Shown here piece by piece: positions 47,716 through 62,005 of a stretch of DNA of 64,000 nt (positions within the stretch are counted from its first letter, which is position 1; each line of letters begins with the position of its first letter). The notes under the pieces are model-generated. The model made no database searches, was not told where the DNA came from, and saw only the letters and a list, made by a program, of their open reading frames with translations. Source of the stretch: Eledone cirrhosa. Its lineage: Eukaryota. The stretch covers positions 15,748,001-15,812,000 of the forward strand of contig OZ024752.1 of the NCBI GenBank assembly GCA_964016885.1, in the 5' to 3' direction. Both the position numbers and the translations under genes were made by a program.

Positions 47716-48078
47716 AAACCTTTCAACTTACACCTCTAAAACAAATCTGAGGATTGGCCAAAACAGACATAGAGTTTCGAAAAGGCTACTGCGTCTAAGA
47801 TTTATCAATGTGACGTTAATAGGTATATGGATAGCTGGAAATATCAGCTAGAAAAAACATTGAATAATAACAAATCTGTACTAAAATTCCATTCAGAAGC
47901 ATATTTCTATTACTAAGATGAATAGAGATGTAGTGTCTGAGAAAGGTTACAGTAATGCGCCATATCACCTGGAATGGAAGCTCAAAGAAATAATTGCGAG
48001 TTCTTGATATAAATTCAAAAGCGAATGAAATATATAGTAATATCTCAAACATTTAGGATAGGAGATAATTTGCAAATA

Positions 48079-48235
<157 letters not shown>

Positions 48236-48368
48236 AATGTGTGTGTATATATACATTTGTTGAAAAAAGAAGTAAGTGGCATAGTCACTACTTTAAAATA
48301 ATAGCGCAAGGTCTTCAACATATGTTTAATTAAACATACAGTATATCGCCAGATATACTATACATATA

Positions 48369-48426
<58 letters not shown>

Positions 48427-48431
<5 letters not shown>

Positions 48432-49370
48432 AGATCAAAAGATGGTTAAAGGAGTTCAATATATTTTATTATGCGCATTTCAAAAACAAACATCATCAAA
48501 CAATAATATTTGTGTTTTCATCAGATAAAACAGGAGAACATGATATGAAGGCTAAAAAAACACTTGTTGATAGTGCAGTTTTAAATCAACATATGAAAAG
48601 TGGTTTTAGATTGATGTGTGATATTGGGAAAAATATTTTATTTAGAGAGGGGGGGGAGAAAAGGATGAAAAGGGAAGGAGATGAGAGGGAGAGATGGGTG
48701 ATAGAGAGAAAGAGATAGTTTTTATAACTGAGAGGAGATATATTTTATATAGAGGGGTTGAAAACCGTTGGAAGATACTGTATAAATTAAAAATTTTGAA
48801 AATTAACGAAGGGAGGATATGTGCGAGGAAAAAATATATTATATTTAGGGAGGGGGGGTTGGAAAGGATGAAAAAAAGGGGAGGAGATGAGAGTGAATGT
48901 GGAAAGGGAGAGATGGGTGATAGAGAGAAAGAGATAGTTTTTATAACTGAGAAAAAGATATAATGTTTTAATATAGAGAGGTTGGGAACCGTTGGAAGAT
49001 AATGTATAAATTAAAGGAATTTGAAAATTAACGAAGGGAAATTATGTATGAAGATAGAGAGAAAAAAATAATAATTGTGGGTGAATATTCTAACGTCAAA
49101 AGAAGAAATGTAGGAATTTCAAAATTAGCAAAGAGAAAAAAAGTTTATGTGTAGAAGGATTTGAGAAAAATAATGTGAAGTTAAAGTTTGTATATTGAAT
49201 TCATATGTATTAATAATGAGTTCGTTGATGGGGAGAAAAAAATAATAATAAATTAAGGATGAAATTGAGATTAAAAAGATTTATGATAGAGAGAAAAAAT
49301 AATAATGATTGCGGATGAATACTCAAAATGTCAAAAACAAATGTTATTGTTTTACGAGAAGATAGAATGA
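48427..49370 (-). mobile_element. Longer family-1 Penelope-like copy with internal ~200 bp duplication
   Basis: 48431-48592 matches 414-573; 48630-48830 repeated at 48830-49040; far boundary uncertain. Confidence 0.7.
48464..48530 (-). ncRNA. Minimal type I hammerhead ribozyme, family 1
   Basis: Same motif as 446-512, one loop substitution. Confidence 0.85.
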
Positions 49371-49558
49371 GGGTAATGAGTAAACGAGTATTATAGAGTG
49401 TATAATGCCCTTTAAAGTAAGGTAGATGGGTATATTTTAAAGAATATATGAGTATATATATAAAAAAAAAAAAATAAATAAAATAAAATAAAATATACCC
49501 ATCTACCTTACTTTAAAGGGCATTATACACTCTATAATACTCGTTTACTCATTACCCT
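49370..49558. repeat. Perfect ~68 bp inverted repeat
   Basis: agggtaatgag...gggtatattt / aaatataccc...ctcattaccct. Confidence 0.92.
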
Positions 49559-50065
49559 GAGTTGTAAGCTAATTCACCTCTAGGGGTTGTATCGATGAAC
49601 ATTACACTCTGGTATTAAATAAATGGTTAAGATTTAATCAAAAGATTTTCAAAGAAAAACCTTAAAATTTGATTCTTCACCATAAAATAACATAAATTAA
49701 ATATTTTGAAACTTAAACGTTTAGATTTTGGAAAAAAATCTCTTTCTGCATATATTACCCCCCCCCCCTCCCCCCCTTTATCTTTCCCTATGTCTAAATG
49801 TCTTCCCAGCGGCCCTCATTGACTGTTATAATTTATGAGAAGTTTTCCTAGATAATCATAACTTGTAGTATCTTACATTTTAAAATCTCTATAGCTGTCA
49901 CATTAACCAACGTTTTTTCTTATTCACACATCCTCTATTGAATTTATTACGTTTTCGCATTTTCTCATTATTAGGGTATAAATGTTGAATTCTCTCTTGG
50001 GTTAATCACTACCTTGATTAAATCTTAACCATTTAACATCTCAGGGTATGTGATGCATCATTATA

Positions 50066-50116
50066 TTTTGTCTGATGAGGATGTACTGCTGTACCTCCAA
50101 AATATGTATAATAAAT
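50066..50116 (+). ncRNA. Hammerhead with GAAA->AAAA mutation (likely inactive)
   Basis: tttgt-CTGATGA-ggatgtac tgct gtacctcc-aaaa-tatgta-TA-ataaa, ~45 bp before (TA)n. Confidence 0.7.
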
Positions 50117-50157
50117 TATAATTGATCAAAAGAACATCTATTTTATTAATATTTGTA

Positions 50158-50206
<49 letters not shown>

Positions 50207-51469
50207 TATTTTGCAATACACTGTATGCTTAATTAATACCATTTTGACGACCTTCCGCTATTGTTTTAAAGTAGTGACAATTCTAATTTTCAATTTGTAT
50301 TGTATGCGACAATCACCGTAAATAATGCTTGCGGGTAATTTTTAAAACAAATTAAAAAAATATTAGAAAAATATTTAGCATAACGTTTCAAAAACACAGC
50401 CTCAGAATACCTTAAAACATACATATTTCAAAGAGAAAAAAACTCTGTTTCAAAGAACGTTTTTAAATGAATGCTTGGAACAGCCTTTCAAAAAAAGTTA
50501 TTTTGAAGGCATTTTTATAAATATACATATATCTACACTCACACACTGTTCTCAGGGAAGCGTGTATAGTTAAGACGCTGCACATATATACACAGATGAA
50601 AAAAATAAGATCTACACATAGGCATCCATACCCTCACACAGACATGTTCATACAAATACATTCACCCAGACATGTGCTCATACGTGCACATGCATATTTT
50701 CGTGGACACACATACATACATACATGTTCATATCGAGGGCGCATAATTGATGAATACCCTCCCATCCGTATACACACGCGCAGCTGTGCTCATGGTGCAC
50801 ATAGTATTATATGGGACAACGTTTTTGAGGCTTGGACCCAACCCGATCATGTGGCGATATAAGCCCGAAAGTGCATGCACAATATGCATAAATGTTATAG
50901 CCACATCGTTGCACTAGTCACATATAACTTGGGTGGCACATACATATAAAAAATGCCTGTATGTACATAAAATAAAATAATATAAATAATATAATATAAA
51001 ATAATATAATATAAAATAAAATAAAATAAAATAAAATGCTGCAAAAAGGAATGTATACATGATAAGGATGTTATGAAACACATACCCTATATATTCCATG
51101 TATACATCCACTCCATGTACATCTCATATATACTGTTATGAAATAGATCTTATACACATCCACAATATATATAACCTGTTTGTGTACGCAGGCAAGGTCC
51201 CCAGGTGTCCACCAGCCATGAGACCTGCATCATGTGCAGACTCTTACCCAGTACCTTAGATCACCAGTCCCCATGTATATTATATAACCATATGCACCAC
51301 AGTCCTCAAGTATTTTATGCAACTTTAATCGCACCCCAATAATCTCTGGACCCCCTCTGCATCCTTGTCATGTATACATTCCTTATTGCAGCATTTTACT
51401 TTATTTTATATTATATTATTTTATATTATTTTTTATATATAAATAATTCTTCAAACTTGCAATTATATA

Positions 51470-51620
<151 letters not shown>

Positions 51621-51758
51621 GCAAGTTTGAAGAATTATTAGATAAAGTATACACAGTCCGTAGAAATCAACCACATACATATTCATTTAAAGAGGCTAGC
51701 CACACTCATATATGTATTTGGGACTATGTCTAATTATATATATATCCCTTTGAATTTA

Positions 51759-51792
<34 letters not shown>

Positions 51793-52346
51793 ATGATGTT
51801 TTACTGGTTCAGACGATTATTCTACTAAATACTTGTTTACTTAACGAAAGTAATACATAATGTAGTTATTATAAGATGCTATACGCGGCGGCTAAGCTAA
51901 AATGATTTTTCCATACAGAAGTGGTTTAAGCTAATCTGTCTGGTGTAAAATCCTATATTACTAGTGTATATATACAAATGTATGTGCGTATTTGTGTGAG
52001 TGTGTCTTTATTTGCGTATGTATATATTGGGTTGTCAATCATGAAATTTAAAGAAATTTCTTTTTTTTTCTACGAATTTCTACAAATTCTATACTTGACA
52101 GCACAATATGTTCATATACAAACATCTATATACACAAACATGTATATATATATATATATATATATAGTAGAATAATCGAGTATCGAAAAATCGGCGCACG
52201 AGTTCACGATAAACAAAATTCGAAATGAGCGGCAGAGGGCTCAATAATTCAGATAAATCAGAGCTATAACTATCGTTAAAATACCGTCACACATAGAACA
52301 AGTCTATAATCAACCGTACGACCGAAAAATTGCGATCTGGAAGGTT

Positions 52347-52448
<102 letters not shown>

Positions 52449-52661
52449 AAATGTAAATATGGCATCCGAACAACGCCATATCTCAGGGCCTTTAATTGCA
52501 ACGGACCCCCATTCCTATTAGGTTCGGACACAGCCAACAACTTTCCGATAGAGTGGGATTGAGTTTGAGTGAGAAAACGAACAAGATCTTCAGAAAGAAG
52601 ACTACTTTATTTTACAGCCCCAAATTCTAATTATTATATTCTAAATTTGTTCAGCATATAA

Positions 52662-52860
52662 CGGTTTCTGATTTAGACACAAGGCCAGCAATGTTTTGGC
52701 GGGGAGGGGAAAGTCGAGTTAAATCGACTCCAGTGAATGATTGGTACTTTATTGTATCGACCCGGTAAGGATGAAAGGCAAAGCTAACCTCGGTGAGATT
52801 TGAACTGAGAACGTAAAGGGATGTAACTCTATGTCGCGAAGCAGGGTGTCCGACGCCCAT
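52662..52860 (-). mobile_element. tRNA-SINE (Meta-domain-like)
   Basis: ggtactttattgtatcgacccggtaaggatgaaaggcaaagc..gatttgaactg. Confidence 0.88.
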
Positions 52861-53414
52861 ATATTGCAATTAGTCGCCTATAGAGAAATATAGATATGAC
52901 CACAGAGAACTGCTCCAGCTGGATTATATACATGTGTATATACACATTTGTATATATACATTTGTATATATACATTTGTATATATATGTTCTTACCCTCT
53001 TCTGCAGAGAAAGACGCACAAATACATTCTTTTGTATAATTTAACCACAGATTAATCGACAGAGTTGGAGGGGAAATATGCTCAAAGTGGTGACCTAGCA
53101 GAAATGCTTGCAACTCATTTGTCCCTATCCATGATATATTCATTATTTATCGCTCTGCTGGTGACATAGCGGGTGTCATGTGAAATCTAACAGCCAACTA
53201 GGTCTCTGTCATATTTGAAGTCAAAATGCAAAATGTAACTTGTCCGTTGCTCAACCAACTTCCTTGAAACGTACTTTATTGTCCCAACCCCGAATGAATT
53301 AAAATCAAAAATGTCATTAGCGAAAATCAATCCCATTGTGCAGGAACCCATACCTCATGCTCTAGCTACTGAGCCAATTGGCTGTGTGTTAATTATACGC
53401 TTATGCAAATATGT

Positions 53415-53720
53415 ATGGCTTATATGGTTAGGGTTTTCCGCTCACCATCATAAGTTCACATCTTCGATACCAGTTAGTTTGTTGTGTGACTGAGGTATGC
53501 ACTTTATTCAAGGATACTCTCGTCCATTCAACGGAAATAAAGGAGTTGTACAAGTAATCTTTATTATGCAATGTTTCACGCTAGATCTAACCTGATGAAT
53601 AGGTTGGGGGCACAGACGCAGTAGAATGTTCGGAGACTTGCACGTTAATCTCTTCAGTACAATGTTCTGTTGTTCAAGCAAATATAAATCTCATCGTCGG
53701 AACCGACCGAGGTCCAGCAC
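53415..53720 (+). mobile_element. Highly diverged CORE-like SINE
   Basis: tggcttatatggttagg head; gacttgcacgttaat..tcatcgtcggaaccgac body similar to 35856-36150. Confidence 0.5.
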
Positions 53721-54538
53721 AAATGTTTGTGCAGCTCGTGTTGAATTTTGTACTGTTTTGATAGAGATATGTATTTTTCGTTTTAGTGATATATAGAAGA
53801 CTCTCTTATCGAAAGGCAGACATATTCTCGCATGTATACAATTTTAAATAAATTGCAAGGAAGAATTCAAACTTGTTTAGCTTGAGTAAAGATTATTGAC
53901 CACAGCGCAACAAATCCTGATTGGCTAAGATTAAATGAATGTCAGTAAAAACATTTCAAATGACCGCAATGTTTTTACATATATGGCTTCTTTCACATAA
54001 CAATTGAACACGCAGCAAGATAGCTAATTTCCTGTGAGGAAAACCACTTTTCAATACTTAGTGACTTTCATATTCACTCCACGCATTGACTACTGACAGA
54101 CCAAATAGTGTTATTGAGAAAAGCATTGAAGTCAATCTGAGCTAGGGAACAACAGGAAGCAGACGACATGGTGAATGTATCGCCCATTGAAAAGAGCTAT
54201 TCTGTGGTTTTAGGGTGTTAATATCTGCTACAATTCACGGACAATATCTGTTGAAAAGGAAACATTAACAGCTCTGGCTTCGTTTTTAAAATACTTCTCA
54301 ATACTCAGGTCTTCATATCTATTAACAGCTACATTAATCTATATATATGTGTGTGTCTGTGTGTGTGAGTGTGTATGTGAGTGTGTGTGTATGTGTGTGT
54401 GTGTGTCTGTGTATGTATGTGTGTGTGTGCGTGCGCGCGTGTGTGTGTGTGTGTGTGAATTATTAAGTTATGCATACGCACAGATGCGGATGCACACACA
54501 CACACAAACACATATATAAAAACACATCTATATATATT

Positions 54539-54576
<38 letters not shown>

Positions 54577-54723
54577 TATATGTATATATATACATATATA
54601 TATATATATATTATATATGTATCGATATATACTATATGTGTATGGATATATACTATATAAGTATGTATATAGGTATATATACTATATATGTATGTATATA
54701 TGTATATATATTATATATATATG

Positions 54724-54800
<77 letters not shown>

Positions 54801-54859
54801 GTATGTATGTATATATATATATGTGTGTATGTGTGTATATATATATATGTGTATGTATG

Positions 54860-54890
<31 letters not shown>

Positions 54891-54907
54891 ATATATATAT
54901 GTGTATG

Positions 54908-54967
<60 letters not shown>

Positions 54968-54971
<4 letters not shown>

Positions 54972-55067
54972 AACCACTTACTGGTTCCTATTACCCACTC
55001 TACTACCTCAAGTATTGAGTACTTTGGTGCGTTATGGTCCACCTGGTTCCTTACCACATTTCCTTCG

Positions 55068-55069
<2 letters not shown>
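54968..55069 (+). mobile_element. Minimal family-7 copy: tiny hairpin + tail
   Basis: taggaacca-cttac-tggttccta then tail homologous to 56733-56813. Confidence 0.7.
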
Positions 55070-55101
<32 letters not shown>

Positions 55102-55254
55102 TTATAGATTTTGAGTTTATGTTGGTTGTATACCAACACCTCAGTATGCAGGCTGGAGCACTCGACGAAGTGCGCAGGTTGGTTTGGTTACTCCGGAGTA
55201 GTGTAACATAAAGTTAAATAAAAGTCAAATGATTAAAATTTAGCTTCGTTTATT

Positions 55255-55309
55255 ACTGCTATATATATTTCAGTGACAGCCATCTTTGGCTGTGACCTCT
55301 TCAGGCAGT
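55255..55309 (-). ncRNA. Minimal type I hammerhead ribozyme, family 6 (intact)
   Basis: actgc-CTGAAGA-ggtcacagcca aaga tggctgtcact-GAAA-tatata-TA-gcagt. Confidence 0.9.
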
Positions 55310-55449
55310 TTGAATTAGTATGGTATAGACAAGTATGACTCCAGTTCCCCAGTGAATTAACAACCCAACAAGGAACTGGGCATATCAGAGTATTGACAAT
55401 ATCATACACCTAAACAACATATGTACTTTTCTATACCATACTAATTCGA

Positions 55450-55504
55450 ACTGCCTGAAGAGGTCACAGCCAAAGATAGCTGTCACTGAAATATATATGG
55501 CAGT
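55450..55504 (+). ncRNA. Hammerhead, family 6, cleavage triplet AUG (predicted inactive)
   Basis: Mirror copy in the right arm of inverted repeat ~55208-55330 / ~55430-55550. Confidence 0.8.
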
Positions 55505-55947
55505 AATAAACGAAGCTAAATTTTAATCATTTGACTTTTATTTAACTTTATTTTATATGTATGTATATATATATGTATGTATATATATATATCTATGTAT
55601 ATATAATATATATATTTATGTATGCATATACACTATATATATATGTACCTATGCATATATACTATATATATATATGTATGTATATATACTGTATATATAT
55701 GTATGTATATATGATATATATATATGTATGTATATATGCTATATATATATATATGTATGTATATATACTATATATATATATATATATACTATATATATTT
55801 ATATGTATGTATATATACTATATATATATATATGTATATATACGATATATATATATGTATCTATATTTATATTTATATATATATACTATATATATACTAT
55901 ATTTATATATATATATTATATATATATATATATTTATATATATATAC

Positions 55948-55979
<32 letters not shown>

Positions 55980-56027
55980 CTATATATATATATATACATA
56001 TACTATATATATATATATATATATATA

Positions 56028-56064
<37 letters not shown>

Positions 56065-56153
56065 CTATATTTATATATATATATATACATATACTATATT
56101 TATATATATATATATACTCTCTATATATATACTATATTTATGAAAAAGTATGA

Positions 56154-56247
56154 CCCCGACGGCAGAGCTCAAGCATTTTCGGCGGCTATTTCTGGGCTAA
56201 ATTAGAACATTTAGCCTGGTGAATAAATAGCCGAACTTATCAAGAGG
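56154..56247 (-). ncRNA. Variant hammerhead (TTGATAA core), family 7, left arm
   Basis: cctc-TTGATAA-g..cggctattt...aaatagccg.c-GAAA-atgc ttgagctct gccg-TC-gggg. Confidence 0.6.
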
Positions 56248-56626
56248 GTACTTCCTTATATGGGAAGATTGTAGTTGTCAAGAGGATTGGTTAAAATTTG
56301 TTGTAAACACAAATAAGTCTATCATGGCATTTTGTGGGAGGTAGGGGTAGCTGAACTTGCCTGTAGAACAATAGGGGGGGGAGTGGAGCGGTTAAGCGTT
56401 GAAAGTGATATGTATACAGGTAGACAAGGGCTTATACACTATCCTTAGAATCTGCTGTATACATATCACTTTCAACGCTTGACCACTCCACTCACTCCCC
56501 TATTGTTCTACAGGCAAGTTCAGCCACCCCTACCTCCCACCAAATACCATGATAGACTTATTTGTGTTTACAACAAATTTTAACCAATCCACTTGACAAC
56601 TACAATCTTCCCATTTAAGGAAATGC

Positions 56627-56720
56627 CCTCTTGACAAGTTCGGCTATTTATTCACCAGGCTAAAAATATTAATTTAGCCCAGAAATAGCCGTCAAAACGG
56701 CTTGAGCTCTGCCGTCGGGG
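56627..56720 (+). ncRNA. Variant hammerhead (TTGACAA core), family 7, right arm
   Basis: cctc-TTGACAA-long stem II-aaaa-cggc ttgagctct gccg-TC-gggg; the other two copies keep GAAA. Confidence 0.6.
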
Positions 56721-56855
56721 TCATACTTTTTCCTATTTCCAACTCTACTACCCTAAGTATTGAGTACTCTGGTGCGTTATGGTCCATCTGCTTCCTTACC
56801 ACAATTCCTTTGTTATATACTATATTTATATATATATAATATATTTATATATATA

Positions 56856-56899
<44 letters not shown>

Positions 56900-57130
56900 T
56901 ATATATATATATACTATATATATATATATATATACTATATATATATATACTATATATATATATATATACTATATATATATATATACTATATATATATATA
57001 TACTATATATATACTATATATACTATATATATACTATTTATACTATATATATACTATATATACTATATATATATATACTATATATACTGTATATATATAC
57101 TATACATATACTATATATATATACTATATA

Positions 57131-57170
<40 letters not shown>

Positions 57171-57191
57171 TATATATAAATATATATACTA

Positions 57192-57244
<53 letters not shown>

Positions 57245-57247
57245 ATT

Positions 57248-57300
<53 letters not shown>

Positions 57301-57334
57301 TTATATATATTTATATATATATTATATAAATATT

Positions 57335-57367
<33 letters not shown>

Positions 57368-57379
57368 TATATAAATATT

Positions 57380-57413
<34 letters not shown>

Positions 57414-57791
57414 GTATATAAATATTTATATATATATTATATAAATATTTATATATATATATATATTTATATATAAATTATATATATATTTATATATACA
57501 TACATATATATACTATATTTATATATATGTATTATATATATATTTATATATATATACTATATTTATATATATATGTATTATATATATATATTTATATATA
57601 CATACACATACATATATATATATACTATATTTATATATATATGTATATGTATTATATATATATTTATATATACATACACATATATATATATACTATATTT
57701 ATATATATATGTATATGTATTATATATATATTTATATACACATACACATATATATTTATATATAGTTATATATAGATACACATATATAATT

Positions 57792-57854
<63 letters not shown>

Positions 57855-57935
57855 TATATATATATGTGTATATATATATATGTATATATATATAAATAGA
57901 CATACATATTTATATATATATATGTATATATATAT

Positions 57936-58052
57936 AAAATATTAAAAAAATAATGAATAAAACAATGAAACAGTTCCTTATATTAAACAAAAGTTTTTTG
58001 TTTAATATAAGGAACTGTTTCATTGTTTTATTCATTATTTTTTTAATATTTT
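57936..58052. repeat. Near-perfect ~57 bp hairpin followed by ~135 bp tail to (TA)n
   Basis: aaaatattaaaaaaataatgaataaaacaatgaaacagttccttatattaaacaaaa and its reverse complement. Confidence 0.9.
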
Positions 58053-58185
58053 ATCTTGACTCTGTATTCCGTTTATCTTTCACCGAAAGTGATTTTTCAT
58101 TGCATCTCTTCTTTCCATGATATCCGGATTACATTGAGTTCTTCATACGGATTGGACACTACCGTAAACTCTTGGTAGATTTATC

Positions 58186-58265
<80 letters not shown>

Positions 58266-58841
58266 TATGTGTGTGTGTGTGTATATAGAGAGAAATAAAG
58301 AGAGAGAGAGAAAGAAGAACGGGAAGGAAAGAGAGATGTATTTATATATGTGTGAGTGTATATAATAAATGACTGTTACATGAATTGAAAAGAAAGTAGA
58401 ATGTAGAAGGGAAAAAAATTAATCTAAGCATAGAAATGACGTGGTTTTTAAAGAAGATCGTGAAAGGAATGTAACGACAACATGCAGAATTACATTACTG
58501 CTATATCTGACACGGATTAGTGGCTAGACATTATTTTGTACAACAATATGTAAGTTAAAGAAATAAAAATATTTGAATAGAAGTGGAATTACTTTGATCA
58601 TATTTTATGTTATTGCGCAAATAATGTTTTTCTTTTCCCGTTTATTTTTAATCTTTTTTTTTTTAAATACATTTTTCATTATAGAATTTTTATCATCAGT
58701 AAAACATATATTTTTCAAACAGGAAAAAGGTATACGTTGTGTGTTGCAATATGATATATGATGACACTTGTTATCTCCAATTCTTATCTGCTGCTCCTGT
58801 ATGTGGGTATATATGTAAACAACGCGTACTATATGATAAGA

Positions 58842-58924
<83 letters not shown>

Positions 58925-58981
58925 ATGTGTGTGTATATATATATATGTGTGTGTGTGTGTGTATATGTATATATATATATA

Positions 58982-59106
<125 letters not shown>

Positions 59107-60569
59107 ATGTATATATAAATATATATATATATAACTGTGTAAGTGAAAGAGAGGGAATATCAGCGCACACACAGGAACACATACTCATAGATAACGAAGT
59201 TATATAAGTAGGGACATTGTAAAATGAGCCATTTTATATATTTAACATAGAATATAATTAATATTTCTCACTGTCAAATACAGAGTAAGCGTAAAGTCTT
59301 TTCCTGATTACAAAACTTTATTAAGCAAAACATAAACAAGATCGAAAAAGAGTTTTTGGTACATTTATAGCATATGTCTAGAATAATTTTTCATTCACAC
59401 ATTTATAAATCAAAGAAATTAAAAAGTAAAATCTCAAATAGTATCCGAGATATGGTATTTTATCATCAGGGAAATACTTTATATTTCCACAAGAACTAGA
59501 ATATAACAGACATTTAGTTAAGAGAGTGAGAGTGTTATTGGAAAAAAGGCAGATGGGGTTATACGTAACTTGAGTTTGAGATGACGATTGGCAACTAACA
59601 TATTAGAAAGAACAGAAATGATATGAAGACATTTCAAAAAGGTGGTGTCTAGCAGGGGAGACAATATTGTGGTTAAATTATTCAATACTTAATGTTGGTC
59701 TTTAATTTCCGATCAGTTTTGGAATCGTCAACTTCCGGTTGGTTTCGTATTTGGAGACTTCCTGTCGGTTTTACACTATCATTTTGTAATATATCGCTTG
59801 AAGCAAGATATAGTTTTCTTTTTGTCTTCGCAACATTGTTTCTTCGCCTACTCTCTCTCCCACTCCCTCTCTCTCTCTCGGTCTCATTGCCTACTCTCTA
59901 TCTATATATCTATCGCTATCTTTCTTTCTCACTTTAATGTTGGGATGAGGTTAGGTTTAAATTTTCGTTTGTGGCAGTTTGCCACAGAATTATTTAAGTA
60001 AATACAATATAGGAGAGGTTGAAATTTAATTAACAGAAACACAAATAAAATATATTCATAATTCTACCTTGAGAATTGTATTATCTACAGAAGATATTGG
60101 CGTATTTTATGATTATAGAAAGAAGCAATATTTACGAGAAAATTATGCCGGCATTACGTGATTGACTCTGCTAGAAACAGCAACAAAATCCTTTCAAATC
60201 CCGGTTCATTATCACAAAGCTCCAGAAGACATTAGATGAAGTAAACCTATACTCAACAGAAAAGAACATAGTAACGACAAGAAGGTATATGCCTACTCCA
60301 TCATAAAACAAGTAAAACTACAATGTATAGATTGTATTGTGTCCTAACCAATTGATATTTAAGGCACAGGGTCTCAACTGTACGAGATCGGTATAACCGA
60401 TTCAGTACACGTCCTTTTCTTCTTTTATGGAATAGACTTTAAGTATAGTCTATTACGTTTCCCGCCCGACAAACTTGGCCACCGCCGCCGACGCTACAAT
60501 TTCTATTACCAGCCTTCCCTGGCTGGTTATTGATGCAAAAGGGAGTTTGTTCTTGTTGCTCATATTTGG

Positions 60570-60948
60570 GCGTCGCCTCGTGTTGTGTGCTCATCCGGGA
60601 TCTTGATAAGTAGAATGTCGTGATGACTTTTTCTTGAAAATATCTACATGAACACCATGTAAATCTCTCAGATTTTTGACAGCTTATTAAAGAGCTGGGG
60701 TCCCTTTAACCCCGGGCTATTGCAGTGTGTGGTCCTTATTCTTGAAGCGATGGATGGGACCTTTGGCATTACACAGTGGCGTCTTGTTCGTGGGATGGCC
60801 CTGCCTTCAAATCCGAAGTTTGGTTCTAAGCCTTCTAAGATCTTGCGTGTGCATATAACTGCGTTTCTCTCCAGTCTTTGCTCCAGGAAGTAAAGCGTTA
60901 GTTTTTTTACAGCTTCTCCCAGTAGCTGATCTCTTTCATTGAGGCATC
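60570..60948 (-). pseudogene. CR1/L2-type LINE ORF2 C-terminal relic
   Basis: EISYWEKL..LYFLEQRLER..RKILEGLEPN..KGPQLFN..LRDLHGVHVDIFKK. Confidence 0.75.
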
Positions 60949-61565
60949 CTCACAAACTTTCTTTATTTAAATAAGTAAATATCAATATTTACTTGAGGTA
61001 TTCACTGGTGTATATACCTAAGACACTAAAAGATCACATCTTTCAATTTCAAGCTAAGATATTATACAGTGATATCTATTTCTCTTCTAAAATAGACTAG
61101 ATTCTGCCTGACATAAGTACTGCCACCCAGAAGGTGGCAGTACTTATGTAATGTACTCAGGAACTTTGGCTCTCATGGTCAGAAATATAAAATCAATAAC
61201 ACAAACTATGTTAAACATTTGAGAGAAATTCCTATAATATTTCTAATTTATACATATTTACTCACGATTCAAAGAAATATTGAAGAATTTACAAGCGAAT
61301 AGAAGTATAGAAAATGAAAGTATTAAAAAATTGTTAATATATAATATAATATATTATAAATTTCATCTCTTCGGGGAGCAGATGATTTACACTTTCAGCG
61401 ACGATGATTTATCATGCGTCTTGTTTCATATATGAACAAATCTTCAGGTTACATTTGATCGTTGACTGATGTTGTTTCGGACAGACTGTTTGTATACTCA
61501 AATTGGATATATGGCATTTTGAAAAGTTTAAGATATATTTTATCCAATGTATGCTATCATAATAT

Positions 61566-62005
61566 TGGTTTCTGATTTAGGCACAATATCAGCAATTTTA
61601 GGGGATGGGAAAGTCGATTAAATCTGCTCCAGTGCATTACTGGTGATTTATTTTATCGACCACGTCAGGTTGAAAGACAAAGCTAACCTCGGCGAGATTT
61701 AAAATCAGAACGGAAAGGGACGTAACTCTATGCCAGGAAGTATGTTGTTCGACGTTCTACCGATATTACCAATCCATCGCCCTGATATATGGTTTCAGAT
61801 TTAGGCACAAAGTAAACAATTTGGGGGGAGGGGGAGGTCGATGAAATTGTCACCACTGCATTACTGGTACTTTATTTTATTTACCCTGTAAGGATGAGAT
61901 GGAAAGCTAACTTTGGTACGACTTGAACTCAGATCGTAAAGGGCCGTAACTCTCTGTCATAAAGCATGTTGCCCGACGCTCTACCGATTCCGCCAGTCGA
62001 GCGCC
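61566..62005 (-). mobile_element. Two tandem tRNA-SINE copies
   Basis: Each has gatttaggcacaa..gcattactggt..tttattttat..gatttaaaatc/acttgaactc. Confidence 0.88.

Larger units (their letters stand above)
56142..56813 (+). mobile_element. Penelope-like fold-back unit, family 7 (arms 56142-56419 / 56455-56732, tail 56733-56813)
   Basis: ~278 bp inverted arms between (TA)n fields. Confidence 0.8.

Noticed and set aside
50835-50885. ccgatca...gccc-GAAA-gtgcatgcac
   Set aside because: Palindrome after GAAA, but core and stem I do not fit
58661-58704. Minus-strand tttta-CTGATGA...GAAA-aatgta-tt-taaaa hammerhead-like motif
   Set aside because: No convincing stem II or stem III; plausible by chance in AT-rich DNA, though it could be a very old copy
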